A DNA stretch of 64,000 nt from NCBI RefSeq assembly GCF_000143415.4, contig NW_003314267.1, forward strand, positions 2,769,839 through 2,833,838. Reading direction: 5' to 3'. Position 1 is the stretch's first letter. Each line of letters starts with the position of its first letter. Shown here one piece after another: positions 13,079 through 27,158 of this stretch. Source of the stretch: Selaginella moellendorffii (Eukaryota > Plantae > Lycopodiophyta). The notes under the pieces were generated by a model. It saw only the letters and a list, made by a program, of their open reading frames with translations. It was not told the DNA's origin and did no database searches. A program made the translations under genes and the position numbers.

Positions 13079-15476
13079 ATGTCTTCCGTGGTGCAAAGAG
13101 TAGCTGCTTTGTTCAACTTGTGGAAAAGGATTCCGGGAGACAAGCCTAGAGATCGCTTTGACTTAAGCTTGTCATCCGGTCCTACTACACGGCCATTGTC
13201 AACCACCAGCGGCAGTAGCAGCGGCGCACAGCCAGAAGCGAGCAACAAACCCGAGCCTGGATCTAGTGAGAGCCGCAGCTGGATCTTTGGTCAAGTCCTG
13301 GACCCAAGAAGCAGGTATATCCGTGCTTGGAACCGGCTCTTCCTTGTATCTCGTGGGCTCAGCTTAGCAATCGATCCCCTATTCCTGTATGTCGTTTCGA
13401 TCGATGAGGACTCCACCTGCCTTCATGTTGACGGGTGGTTTGCAGCACTGGTGACCATTCTTCGGGCAGCGATCGATGTCATGCTGCTGTGGCATGTCCG
13501 GCTGCAGCTCAAACTTGCATTCGTGTCTAAGAAGAGCCTTGTCGTTGGGAGGGGAAAACTGGTGTGGGACGGTAAGAAGGTAGCATTGCATTACATTCAG
13601 CAACGTGAGGGCTTCCTCTGCGACGTTCTGGTTATGCTGCCGATCATGGAGGTAATTGAAAATGAACGAGATCCATTCGAACACTGACTACACATTCTGC
13701 AGGTTCTGATCTGGCTGATAGTTCCAGGGATGATCACAAAGCGTAACCAGGGAATTCACATGATGAGCCTCGTTCTCTTCGTTTTTATTCTCCAGTACCT
13801 GCCTAAGGTGTCACACTTGGTTCTTCTCATGCGAAGAATGCAACATGTGACAGGCTACATTTTTAGCAGCGCATGGTGGGGATTTGTCCTCAATCTCACA
13901 GCCTACTTCATTGCCTCGCATGTAAGCTTCACTCACTACATTCACATTTACTTACTCTGGTCTGTATCGTCCAGGTCGCAGGAGCTTGCTGGTATCTACT
14001 GGGTCTTCAGCGTATTGAGACATGTATGCATGTTCAGCTCGAAAAGAAGGGGTTTCGATCCTCATGGCTAGGTTGCCATAAACCTATCTCGTTTGGACAT
14101 GCCCCAGTCAAAGGATCAACTACATCACCTCTCAGCATTAACTCGGCCGCCTTCATCTCATGCATTTCCAACTATACCAACACTTTTAGCTACGGAATCT
14201 ACCAGCCAACAATACCTCTGGCCCTCACCAGGAACTGGCTGGAACGGATAAGCTACCCAATTTTTTGGGGTCTCATGACATTAAGGTAAGAGCCTCTTCA
14301 CTTAAAGCCATTTGAATCAGGGCCAATGTGCAGCTCATTTGGAAACTTGGAGCCCACCAACCATGTACCAGAGGTTGCATTCAGCATCATTGTCATCACC
14401 TGTGGCCTATTGCTCTTCACACTTCTCATTGGAAACATTCAGGTGTTGAGAATATTATTTGATGTTTAAGGACTAACAGCGACCATGTCAAACGGCAGAT
14501 GTTTCTCTATTCTATGACTTCAAAGAAAGAAGAAATGCAGCTTAAGATGAGGGACCTGGAGCACTGGATGAAGAGGCGTCAGCTTCCAACTCGCCTCAGG
14601 CACCGTGTCCGACATTACGAGCGGCAGAAATGGGCTTCCACCCGGGGTGTAGACGAGCATGCCATGGTTTGTGACTTGCCAGATGGCATCAAACGAGACA
14701 TCAAGAGGCACCTCTGTCTCGACCTTGTTCGACAGGCAAGCACTGCAATGATAAAGATTAGTCAATATCCATTCCTACTGTTAAATTATGCAGGTCCCAC
14801 TGTTTGGACAGATGGACGAAGTGGTTTTAGACAACATTTGTGACCGCGTAAAGCCAATCCTTTATATCAAGGACGAAATCGTAAGAAGCTCCGCTGTAGT
14901 CTTTGTTTTTATTAACGCCGGCTGCTCTGAAAATGTGCACGTCAGATTATGAGAGAAGGCGACCCCGTGCTACGCATGCTATTTATGGTCCGTGGGCAAC
15001 TTGAGAGCGTGTATCGAGTGGGCAAGAGCAAAATGAGCATTGTCACACTGGGCCCTGGCAACTTTTGTGGGGAAGAACTTCTACCGTGGTGCCTATACAG
15101 GTCATCCGACACAATTGCGAGTTTGCCACCTTCCATTGCCACCATCAGCTGCCTGGAATCAGTGGAGGCGTTTGGCCTTGAAGCCGAAGACTTGAAGTAC
15201 GTGACGCAGAACTTTCAGCACACCTTCATCAACGAGAAGCTGAGGCACACTACCCGGTACTACTCGCCTGGATGGCGGACCTGGGCAGCTGTAAACATCC
15301 AGCTTGCATGGAGGCGTTACAAGTACCACAAGGCCCTGGCTCTTGACATGCCACGTCAGGGTGGCTTTGTCCGAAAGGCAAGTGAAGCGTCACTCCGGAA
15401 GGATTTGCTCCGGATGTACGCAGCTATGATGGTGTCACCAAAACCTCGAGACGCAACAGCACTGCAGAGAGTATAA
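13079..15476 (+). CDS. Cyclic nucleotide-gated channel, group IV-B, CNGC4-like. Exons approx. 13079-13651, 13703-13921, 13975-14285, 14334-14442, 14499-14735, 14794-14880, 14946-15476
   Basis: VLDPRS..WN, pore FWGLMTLSSFGNLEPT (GNL filter), C-linker, CNBD GNFCGEELL, IQ motif WRTWAAVNIQLAWRRYK. An acceptor-like tgcag just before the ATG means an upstream exon is possible. Confidence 0.92.
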
Positions 15477-15563
15477 CTATTTTCAACTCGTCGAGAAGCC
15501 TATCGCTTAGAAAAGGTCTAGAAGGGCTTTGTTTCCAAATTTACCTTATTAAACACAGCCCAG

Positions 15564-15749
15564 CCTGGCGCTTGACATGCCACGTCAGGGTGGCTTTGTC
15601 TAAGAGGCAAGTGAAGCGTCACGCCAAAAGGATTGCTCCGAATTTACGCAGCTATGATGGTGTCACCGAAACCCCAGCACCGCAGAGAGTATAACTATTT
15701 TCAAATCGTCTAGGAGAAAAGCTCTAGAAGAGTCTGCCTCAAACACAGC
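15564..15749 (+). repeat. Degenerate tandem duplicate of the CNGC C-terminal codons and proximal 3'UTR (copy of ~15334-15558)
   Basis: cttgacatgccacgtcagggtggctttgtc and gcagagagtataactattttcaa each occur twice. Confidence 0.9.
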
Positions 15750-17079
15750 ACAGAATATTCGTTTTACAAACATTTTTATAGAGCCGTAAACACAGCCAAG
15801 CTCCATATCCAGGACTGACTCTAGAAACCTGGATCATGATAGAATAACCTGTGTTTGGAAAACAGAAAAAAAGAGGTAAATAACCTTGAGAGGTTAAGCA
15901 ATTCCTTCAGCTCTCGTCTTCAGATCCTTTTACTCTGAGCTCCAGATATAATACGTTTATTACTCTGCTAGAATCAAACACTTGGTAGAAAAGCTTTTAA
16001 GAGTGCTTTGCAGCACATTCAGCAATAAACATTTGATTTCTAGCAAAGATTTGTGTTTACTTTGTATATGCAGGAATTATTTTTATTTTTTACTGAATTT
16101 TTCTTGTGCTGGAAAACGGTGGGCCTAGCCTGAACCTGGGTGGCAGTAGGTTCAGCAGGGAGGAATCAGGCTTGGCACACACCTGTGGGCACAAGTTAAA
16201 TCTTAAAAAACACATGTGAATGTATAATTTTCATTGAAAGTTTTCAAAACTTATAGACATGTTTTGAAGCCATTTTTTTGGCATGGTCATGCATGTCCAC
16301 ACCCTTTTTCATGCCACATATGAAAAAAACAATGCTACATGGAAAATGTAATGCACCATAGCCATTTTAAACATTAACACAGTGATGGGTTTAGGTTTCC
16401 GGGTGGCACTTCATTTCAGTGTCTTTTTAATGGTGTGAGTGGCACTTTTGATGATCATTAGCAGCATGCAGTCTTGTAAGTGAGGACTATGACAATGATT
16501 TTATGCTCTGGCTATTTTCCATGAATGGGGACCAATTTTGCAGTGCAAGAGATTGTTTTGTGTGCTATTGATGACACAGTCTTATAGATGACCCACATGG
16601 CAAGTGCTATATGAGTGGGAAGTTTGTCAATGAATGAGGAGGCTCTTGTATGGGTAAATGCCAAATCAATAGAAGGTTACAAAATGCAGGATCTCATTAG
16701 ATCTATACATTGCACCATTATCTTAAAAGTATAGGCTAGAAAGGAACTGTACCCAATGAAGACTCTTGCGGATGTTGAAGTGCTTCTTTGGCAGATTCTT
16801 TCATAGCCTAAGAACATGATAAAGTGGGTGGTTTCTTATGCAAATGGTAAACTAAGAGATGTTGGTTATTGAGTTAGTCAAGATGTGTTGGGCTGTATTT
16901 GTTTGGAGCATATTTTGTGGAGGTGACTAGAGCTAATTCCTATATATGTTTCAATGTGGAGTCACCTATAGAGCTCTAGTTAGTAAGTTTCCCACACCAT
17001 GTCAAATTTATGGTCTTGACACAATATTTTTCTATCGTGTATTGCCTTGGGGCATCTATTTATATGAAACTATTGATGT

Positions 17080-18900
17080 ATGTCATAAATGTGATTTCGG
17101 GTATCAAAAAATATTTGTCAGTAAATCTTTATAAACACTCTCTCCTTACTATCATAATAGCAAAAAATTGGTACAATTAGATCCTTTTATTAACCCCTTT
17201 TGTGTTAATGGCTATAGGTAAATGGACATGGTTTTAGCATAATGGGCTGATATGTCAATGGTATATTTGGGGTGTCTATTATAGGATTGGACACATGGAG
17301 CAGTTGGACTAAGCGCAAAGACTGAGTGGCATAAATGCCATTCACAGGGTTAATATGTCTTCAAGTAGGGAAAAAGATTTATGGAGGTTATGAGAAAAAA
17401 TTTCTCCAAGTGATTGAACGTGTAGTTAAGTGACTAAAGTAAAATGGAAAATTTAGTTATTTACAAAAAGATGATCCATGGGGTTCAAATATAGAGGGAA
17501 AAATTTACATTTGGTAATAGAAGGGTCTTAGGTCTAACTCTATTGGTTGGCTAGGAGAATAACACCACATGTTTAGCATCTGGCAGGTTTAGTTAGCTTT
17601 GGTTAGAGAGTTGTGGTTCTCAGCTTTCATTCACGAGGGCGTGAATTTGCAGAGAAGGGTGGTGGATTGTAAGCAACTAAAAGAAATAACTCGAGAGACA
17701 ATCTAAAATGAATTCAAATATAAAAGGAAAATACCCATGAATAAGTATACACTTGCTTTTCCAATTGGTTAAGGGTGTAAGGATATTTTAAGGTTCAGTG
17801 TCCTTAGGTTTTAATAGTATTGGGTTGTATGACTTCTTGAGAAGTCTAATATAACATCTTTATAGTATCATCTTTTTTCATAATAAAAAGGACTTTATAA
17901 AGCAACTTACTTGATTGGATACAACCTTTGTCAAGAAGCTTTTTAAGTTGCTTAACCATCTCTTTAATATTCAAATAGTATGGAGCTTTTGTAGGTTGTT
18001 TAGAACCTAAAACTGATCTCACAGTTAGTAATAAATCCTTCAGAAGGATATTTTGATTCTTTGCTAATAACTTATTAATGTTTCTTGAGAGAAATATTGA
18101 CCCTATCATTGATTTGAACTAGGTCCTCAACTTTCATCACTTAAACCCAAAGGTTCAACATTAATTCTTAGTGACTTTTTGATGTCTTGATATGTCCTTT
18201 TGGTTGCAAAAGCACTCATGAAGGGTTTTGGGATACTAAGTTCTTAATTGCGAGAGCAGCTCAAGTCACAAATAGTTTGAAGAGTGGATGGCTCACCTGA
18301 AAGTCCCTTCAATGGGAGTGACAGTATGATGTGTCCATTGCTCCGTTACCCTCAAAATGATAGGACTTTATCTAACACTATATATTCCTTCAATATACTT
18401 GTTGAAGAAATTCATACCAAATACCATCTAAAAGTCTAGTATCTTTAACACTACCAAATCTCATCTTTCTTTCCATTTGGATATCTTTATCAGAACATCA
18501 TTATAAACTCTTAAATTAGAATTTCAAGTTGTTTTCTTTAGTTGCTTACAATCTAGTATACTTTCCTACAAATTTATGCCTTCATAAACCCAAGATTTCT
18601 TTGATATCAAATGTAAGTTTGTGAGTTTGGACTTCCTAGGAGTTCACTTTGTTTAGTATTACTCAAACCCACAAAATCCAAAAAATTTTAACCAATTAAA
18701 AACGTAAATGCACTTTTGTTCATAAGCCCTTTCCCTTTATATTTAACCTTTATGGACCGTCTCTTAAATTATTCTCTTTAGTTGCTTATAATCACTCATA
18801 AATTTCTTGGCTACTTGCCCACCTTCCACAAATTAGAAGTGTTTAGGTTACATCTGCTCAGCTTTCAATTCTAACAAACATCAATGGACTAATGTTTACA
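17080..18900. mobile_element. Old, degenerate Gypsy LTR and pol fragments
   Basis: 17080-17200 resembles the LTR at 55234. 17200-17464 resembles the 3' end of the LTR at 24180-25193. A minus-strand pol remnant (APYYLNIKEMVKQLKKLLDKGCIQSS) lies at 17846-18109. Confidence 0.7.
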
Positions 18901-18901
18901 T

Positions 18902-19940
18902 TGTGTAAACCACAAAATTTTCCTTCCCAACTTGCTAGCTTACCTCGTTTATCTGACTACCACAGCCTTGGCTTTAGCTATGGTCCCTCGCCAAGGTTCT
19001 CACCTATTGTACCAACTCTTACTTGGTCCTACTTGGTCTTAGCAATTCACTACACGAGCAACGGAGTATTAACCATCCATCCACGAATTCCCAAATTCTC
19101 TCTCAATCCCCCTCCCGGGGTTAGATTGGACTTAAGGTTCAGCTACACTCCCCATAAGCACAAGCAGCCAAGCACACCAAACCTCCAGATTCCTAACATC
19201 CATTGGTACAATAAGATTTGATTATAGAACCCTCTAAATCCTAAGCTTTGGGTGCAACACTTGCTTTGAGACACTGGGGAGAAACACTATGGCCTAATGG
19301 CTCAATATAAGTATTTCTATTTCCCCAATTCCATCCAAAAAGGAAGGCTCAAGCCCCTAGGAAGGGCGAGGACTAATGAGCTACAAGGTACTCAAGTAGG
19401 GCACCACTCCACATGAGCCAAAAGCACCGTAGTCAATTTCCCTTCCAAGAGTAGAAGCTGCTCTTGAGCACTTCCTTAGTTGGCCCTTCTGGCACCACCC
19501 GAGTCCACGCTCACTCCCACCCAAGGCCCCTTAGCCCTAGTCTCAACCTTGAGTAATTTGGAAGCACCATTGGAGAGTTCATTCAAGATTGATTCCTAGA
19601 CCTCACTATCCCTACTATACTTTTGGAACCCCCTATAGCCACCCCCCCCCCCCCCCCTCCCCCTGGGAGACACATGCTTTGGGCTTTCACCCCATGACCT
19701 GTATTAGTATTTGAACTCGGTCTTGGACTCGATCTTAGACTAGACTTTGGACTCAATCTCAGACTCGATCTCGGACTCGACCTCGGACCCGATCTTGGAT
19801 TTGACCTCGGAGCTGATCTTGGACTCGACCTCGGACCTGATCTTGGACTCGGTTTCGAACCCAATCTCGGATCTTGGACTCTGTCTCGAACTCAGTCTTG
19901 AACTCGGTCTCAAACTCGGTCTCGGAGTTGGCCACACAGA
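18902..19940 (-). mobile_element. Gypsy LTR (family B), truncated
   Basis: Colinear with the LTR at 33020-34072 (caagcagccaagcacaccaa, poly-C tract, gactcg repeats). Confidence 0.85.
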
Positions 19941-19959
19941 CTCAATCCTGGACTTTAGG

Positions 19960-22900
19960 GGACCTAAAAAAAAAAATGATTGGCATGTTAGGGCGTGGAG
20001 GAGCACAGCATCCAGCACCATGGCTGCCATGATTGGAGGCACAGCCAAAGGAGGGAGAGTGCAAAGGGGAGAGCACCCAATCTCCCCACCCTTGCTACCG
20101 ATGCCGAGGGCATCCGCCGCAAGATTCAGGGAAGAATCACTTTAAAATCTCTCTATTTTTTGTTTTATACTGCTGTGTCCAGGATGGAATGTTGTCCAGC
20201 AACCAGCAGTAGTGGAGGAAGAACCAAGCCTCAGCCATTTGCGTTTGGAAGAGGCACTAGAGGCCGCAGCCTTAGCATCCGACTGCCCCAAGGAGGGATG
20301 CTACAAGGAAGAGCCGCCAACAACAAAACCCCAATCACTGGAAGGAGGGCATCGCTGGGCTCTCCAGGGGACAGTGAGAAGCTAGGTTCGAGTGGCACGG
20401 CAGGAAGTAGTGAGCACACTGTCAGCGATCAAGCAGGCTCGAGGCAGAAATCACACCACACAGAAAGTGACTACCTTGCAGAGTGTGCAGCCATGGACCT
20501 TCATGAAGAGGTCATGCAGGGAACCAAGGAGATGATGATCAGGGCTCATCACACTTGTCAAATTCTCAAAGAACTGGTGGACACACCAAAGGATAAGCTG
20601 GAAAAGCTAGCCTCACTGGAACAGGATGGTGGTGCACACAAAGGTAGCTTGGCCACCAAAGAGGAGTCACCAACACCAGATACAATCCTTGAGCCCGGTT
20701 CAGGACGTCTTGGGAACCAACAGGGAGAGGAAGAGACACTGGACAAGGTGATCCTGCCTGGAAATGCAGGAGTGACGATGCACAAGTCACTAGAAGAAGA
20801 GCTACGCAGGAACAGTGATAGAGCAGGAGAGCAGAAGCCTTCAAGGGCATAGGGACCTGGGCTAGGGACTTCTCAACCAGCCTCACCACCCACACAGCAG
20901 GGTTCCCCCGTACAGCAAAGCTGTGTGCTGAACAGGGAAGTATAGGAAGCAAGTGGATTCCTAGGCTCGGGTGATCTAGTCAATGGTGACGGACCACGTG
21001 AAGAGGTGGCCATAAGCAGAGCTCTGGATTTGAACTTCCTCACCCCCATCACTGAGCGCACGGGACTTAGAGTGGCTCTCAACATGGGGAAGACGGCCTC
21101 TGGAAAAACCAAAGGCAAAACATGCCCCAATCCAAGTAAGAACAGGAGCGGCGTCACCACTAGGGCAGTGGCAGCAGCGATGAGGGCAGCCACGGTTGTG
21201 GAGATACCAATAGGTCGTCATGCACAAGAGTCAAGGACGGATCCAGAAGAAGAGAAGGGCTCGGGGACGCCAAATGACCAGATGAGAGGGCACAGGGAAA
21301 TGCCGAAGGTACACAGGACCGAGGTAAAGGAGCAGGTCCAAGGGGAAGAGGAGAGCCGCTGCCTCACTAGGGCCACAAGTGAAAGCCAGGGCCAATCCAA
21401 GAGAGGGTCACTCAGCCAAAATTTTGCTCGTAGATGCCTCTTGGATTTGACCAACAAAGTGAGAACGTCTCTACCAGGCTCTCCGGTGAAGTTGGTGGGA
21501 TCTCGACTTAAGAGCAGGACGTCTCCCAGTCATCAGCCTGACTGTGAGCCCCAGCTATCAGCGCTGCAACAATGTATGCCATGCCAGACAGGAGAAGGAC
21601 TGCTGCAATGGGATCCCAGAACCTTTGCAAAGGCTCTGCGGGAGGCCACTCAAGACGAAGTACAGCTCCACCAAGACATACTCACTGCTAAAGTATGGCA
21701 CCAGGAGACACACCCCAAGGGAGAAGACCGAACTCTTGGCCCCACTCTTAGGGAAGCCCTCGATCTTGCGACAGAGGCACTAGTCGCACCAAAAGAGCAA
21801 GAGTACCCAAACAGTCAGGAGGCCCAACAAACTAAAGTGCAAAAGGAAGTGACAAGCACGTGGAAGGAACAAGAGGAGCAGGAAATGGAACAACAAAGGG
21901 ACCAAGACAAGGAGATCCCGGAAGCTAGCAAAAAGGTGGAGAAGCAAAAGGAGGAATTGATTCTGGGGAAAAGAGTGAAGCCACTGGCACTACTGCTGGA
22001 AGAACAGGAGGAGGAGATGAAGCGAATGGGACAGGAAAGGGAAAGAGAGGCCAAAAAGAATAAGATGGAGAAAAAGAAAGAACGCAAGGTGGCGCGCAGG
22101 AAGTTAAAGACCCAAAGTAGCTCAAAGGAGGCCCTTGCATGGGCAAAAGAGGTGGAGGAGTTCCTCCACGAGGAGGAAATGCGCTCTGAGGAGGACCAGG
22201 AACAGCAGAAGGATAGTGCAACTAAAGGAAAAGCACAAGGAACCTCAGTAGGACGTGGGTGGGAAAAGGTGGAAGACAAGTGTCGGACCACACAACACCA
22301 AGGCCCGGAGAACCCAAGGGAGCAAGGTGACTTGGGAGTTGAGTGAGAACAAGAAGGCTGCTCTACACAAGGAAAGGTGGTAAAGGAAATCCTGCACTCA
22401 GAAGCCTCTAAGACGGAGCCTTGCACTGGAGAGTCAGGGAAACAAGCTGGAATAGCGGTAGATGCCAAGGTGATGGCAAAGGCAGTCAAGCTGGGCGAGG
22501 CACTCAGCCACGAGGTGGCAGCCAGAGAAGAAGAACTACGACATAGAGCAGTGATTGCAGTATTCAAGGGAAAGTTTCCCATTGGCCGCATGGCCATGGA
22601 CTGGCTGAATGCTACGCTAGAGCAGGAGATCACAATCAAGAACCTGCTCCCACATGGACGTGGATGCTACACAGTGGTGTTTGAGACAGAGGAGGCACGG
22701 GCTCGAGCAGAGGAGCTACATGGACTCATTGATGATAGCTGGGCAATGTCCTTTCACCCGTGGATTCCAAGGTTCACGGCAGATGACCAGGCACGGCTGA
22801 AGGGGGGAAGTGTCCCACTTAACGTGGCATTGTGGGACATCCCAATAGAGATGAGGATAAAAGAGGTGATAAGAGAGCTTGTTGAGGGAAGCATTGGGCA

Positions 22901-24180
22901 GATTGCCTTGGGCCTAGACACTGTGGATGCAGAGGGCATTCTGGACCCTGTCAGACTTAAGGTCTTTGTCTCATCCCCAGTAGAACTCCCTACGGAGATA
23001 GCAGTCCTGGGACAGTACGTTCGCATACAGGTGGAAAACACAGCACCACGCTGTGGTTTTTGCCTACAGTCCGGGCACAGCGAGAACGTGTGCATGACCA
23101 AACGGCCCAAGCTTGCTCCAGGACATCCCTATGAACTCCCGGAGGCCGTGGAGAAGTAACTGAAGCAGCATCCTCCAAAGCAGGCTCCACACATCCGGTT
23201 CCCAAGCGCACCACCTTTCTCTAGACCTGATTCACAGCCCAGAATGTTCAAGAGCCCGATTGCTGAAAAATATGGAGAAGGCTTTCAGCAGGTTCTTCCT
23301 CGGACTGTGAACATGGCAGTCAGATGGATCCCACCCAGGAGAGAACTGACAACCATAGAGGCGGGAGACTGGCTGATGTACTGAGGACACATGGCTTTCC
23401 CAGACGTCATCATGCTTGGTGATTACCAGACCCGAATGGAATGTGCCATCACAGAGTGGACAGGCTTTACAGACTATGCAGTGCGGGGCTTCTTCTGGAC
23501 CAAGTACAAGGGGAGGCTCACTGTAGTATAGACCATCTCCACAGAATGGACGGCTAGGCCTAGCAACACGGTTTTCTCTTGGAAATACATTGCTCCATGA
23601 CTACACTCATAGTGCTCACTTGGAACTGTCGGGGACTGAGCTCCGATGACAGCAGACTCAACAAGAGACTACAGCTCAAGTCCCACATCCGGGAGATTGG
23701 CCTAGAGGGGAGGATCGACATACTGTGCATTCAAGAGCACAAGATGGTGAAGGCTCCAGACTTCAACCTGGGCATGCGCAGGAGGATTTGATGGAATCTA
23801 ACCACACAAGTGAGAATACATTGTGGAGGAGGAATAGTGATCATCGTCTCTACCAAGTGGTCAAGGCAGGTATGTGACCACAGGGTGCTGGTCCCAGGGA
23901 AAGCACAGCTATTGGTAATACACCTACACTTTGGGCGTGTTGGGGTTGTCAACGTATATGCACCCACTCGAAGAAGGGAGCATGCACAAATGTGGACAGA
24001 CATCTAGCAAAGCACTCAAGGAGTGGCAAATGAGTGTCTTGTGGTAGGAGACTTCAACATGGTGGAGGGTTTGAGTGACCAGCGAGATTCACTGGAAACC
24101 ATTTAGGGGAGAGAGAGAAAGAATTGGACAGTGCTAGTCAAAGCCTTGGGAGTCCTGGACCTCCAGCATGCAAAGGGGTT
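19960..24180 (+). mobile_element. L1/Tx1-like LINE, 3'-truncated: long ORF1 (RRM-like DUF4283 region plus CCHC knuckle) and APE endonuclease start of ORF2
   Basis: ORF1 pieces 19995-20852, 21006-22346 and 22377-23159 share one frame. Knuckle CGFCLQSGHSENVC. ORF2 motifs TWNCRGL, DILCIQEHK, NVYAP, VVGDFN. In-frame stops. Cut by an LTR at ~24180. Confidence 0.88.
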
Positions 24181-25208
24181 CACCCGAGATTGAGTCTGAG
24201 ATGGACCCGAGATGGAGTCCAAGATAGACTGAGATGGAGTCTGAGATGGACTGAGATGGAGTCCGAGATGGACTGAGATGGAGTCCGAGATGGACTGAGA
24301 TGGAGTCCGAGATGGACTGAGATGGAGTCCGAGATGGACTCGAGACGGAGTCTGAGATGGACCCAAGATGGAGTCCGAGATGGACCCGAGATAGAATCAA
24401 GGATGGAGTCCGAGAAGGACCCGAGATGGAGTCTGAAGTCGAGACCGAGACTAAGACCGGGACCGGGACTGGGACCGGACCGAGCCCGAGACTGAGCCTG
24501 AGTCTGAGTCCGAGTCCGAGTTCGAGTTCAAGTCTGAGAGGGTGAAAGCCCAAAGCGTTTGTCTCCCAGACCTAGGGGGTTTGGTGAGCTCCAAAAGTAT
24601 AGTAAGGGGGAGGACTCTAGTGGAGCCAATTCAAGTGTGGGTGGCACTACCTACTTGGATATTTGGTGTGGCTCAATGGAACCTCACTCTAAGTCAGAGG
24701 ACCGTGGGACTTAGTGGTCAGGCCTATGGGCCTGGATCGAGTGGTAGTGTTGGCGAACATAGCCCTGGACAGAAAAGGGACTTGGTAGGAACTGACAAAG
24801 GGACTTTGGGGAAGGTTATTCCCCAGGTTTGTGGGCATTCTAAGGATGCTAAGGAGTGGATCTAGGATGACCACTCGTGGACGGATGGCCCAGTCTTGGA
24901 GAGACGAGATTGTGATGCAAGTGGTATTGGACCACTAGTGCGGCAAAGGTGAATGGGCATGGCCTTAGCGTAACGGGCCGATATGTCAGTGGTACCTTTG
25001 GGTGTCGGTCTTGGGACCGGACACGAGGAGCACTTGGACCAGGTGCAAGTGTTGAGTGGCATAGATGCCATTCTTGGGGCTAGCAAGTCCCAAGTCCTGA
25101 ATTGGACTGATGGAGGTTGTGAATGAGACTCCTCTAAGTGGTCGGAGGTGTGGTTAAGTGACTAAAGTAGAATGGAAAAATTAGTCATTTACAACTTGGT
25201 ATCGGAGC
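24180..25208 (+). mobile_element. Gypsy LTR (family A), 5'-truncated, followed by tRNA-iMet PBS
   Basis: Ends ...ttagtcatttaCA at 25193, then TGGTATCGGAGC. It is the reverse complement of part of 61152-63075. Confidence 0.9.
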
Positions 25209-25689
25209 TGTTCCTTAGTCTGACTTTTATTGGTGCTCAAGTATATCACCATTGATGTTGGCATTGGAAGGTCCTAGGAGTGGGCCTATCCTTGAGGAGT
25301 AGCATGTCGAGAGGACATGGCTCTCCACTCAAGTTCATGCGTTCACATGTTGCAAATCATCTTTAAAAAAAAAGAAGATGATTTACATGTTTGATCCTTT
25401 GTCCCTGACAACTCTCTTTCCAGACTTCTACTTTAACTAAACCTCAAGTTTGCTTTTGCATTGCTTTCAATTCAATCCAAAAAAAATTTATGAGAGAATG
25501 CGGTAATGACTACTTGAAACAATAGTCTAATCCCTATAGGCTAAAATTAATCTTGCCAACTCAAAATGTAACTTTAAGTTGCTAATATGCCTCACATAGG
25601 AGCCCAAGCACAAACTCATTTAAATAGAACATCTTGCTCAAGACTTAAAGTATTATAGTGATGTGAAGCCTATCCTTATTCATAACTTC

Positions 25690-27158
25690 TCTTATGATCG
25701 AGACCAAGTAGAAACTAGTGCAATAGGTTGGAATCTTGGTAAGGGACCTTAACAAAGGCTAAGCTAATGGTGGTCGGATAAACAAAGTAAGCTGGCAAAT
25801 TGGAAAAAACAAATTTATAACTTACAATTTGGTATCAAAGCCTTTTTCTCAATTTTAGTGAAGGATAAAAGCAAATTGCTAGGAGATGACTTAAATAGAG
25901 CATAAAAGAACCAAAGCAAAGATGGAACCTCCTTCGGAATTAGAGCCTTTAGTCAAACAAGAAGTTATAGATGAGGAATCCTTGTATGAAGAGGACTCTA
26001 GTGAGAAAACTTTTAAACAGAGGTTTAGTTGTTTAAAGTTTGATTGGATGTTCTAGAAGGATAATTGGCACAGACCAATGCCCTACTAGAGAACCTTGTA
26101 CACAAGCCAAAGTGTGATGAGAAGCAAGAAAAAAGGCAAAAAAATTGCAAATGCTAGCAGTGTAGAAGGTGCAGACCATTTTGCAAATATCGAGGTAGAA
26201 CTAAATAAGGTTGAACAAATAGAAGTAAAATCAATCCTTTAAGTAGTTCCAAAGCTCCCACTAGTCTTTAAGGGAGTGAATGACTATAAAGTTGTAGAAG
26301 ATTGTTTTTATAATATGGAGGATTATTTTTGAGTATTGTGGTTACCAAATTTGGAAAAAATCCCATGTCTAAAACCATACTTTGCAAATAACATTAAGTC
26401 TTGGTGGAAAACAATAGAGGCCAACAAAGGAATGGTGGCCACTTGGGTAGTGATGAAGGCAAAAATCCATGTAACTTATATTCCTCTAAATGCTACTCTA
26501 CACCTAAGAGATGAGTTGAGTAGGCTAAAGAAAATAGGAACTATTAAAAGGTATATGAATGGGTTTATAACCAAGAGGATCCTTGTCATAGATATGGGTG
26601 ATATGAATGCGTTCATATCAGTCCATACCTTCATAATAGTCTTACAAACTAGGGCTCGAGGTGATGTGATGGGTTGAAACCCAACTAGAAGGAAGTATTG
26701 GACGTAGCTATTAAAGTGTATTTTCATAATAACCTACAAAAGGGGAACATGATAGGGTCAGGGTCCACATTTAACAAAGGGGCCAAACCAAGAGGGACAT
26801 ATGGCAAAGAGAAATTTCAGAAAAGTTTCTCTAAAAATGAGTTTTCAGAGTTTTGGAAAGGTAGATCCAGTGGCTAGTGAGCAAGTATATGGGGAGTTAG
26901 GCAAAAAAGGACAAACCCATTGATAAAAAAGCCAAGTCTGTTAGTGGTGTGGGAAATAATATATACTACAATTGTAGTGAAGTGGGACACTTTTTTAAAG
27001 AATGTCTCTACCTAAAGAAGGCTAAAGTCAATATGGCTATCAAGTTAGGTAAAGTCCAAATTGAGGTACATGATCCAATCCCTAAATCAAAGTTACTTAT
27101 TACATGAGCAACTTTGGTAGAGAGTCATTTGTAACATCAACTACCCCTCCAAGGGAAG
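25690..27158 (+). mobile_element. Gypsy family B fragment: LTR end, PBS, degenerate gag with zinc knuckle
   Basis: tggtatcaaagc at ~25830. gag remnant WWKTIEANKG..LRDELSRLK matches minus-strand 32187-32495. Confidence 0.85.

Noticed and set aside
15900-17080. Possible decayed coding remnant
   Set aside because: Stop-rich in the frames I read, with no motif I can assign.
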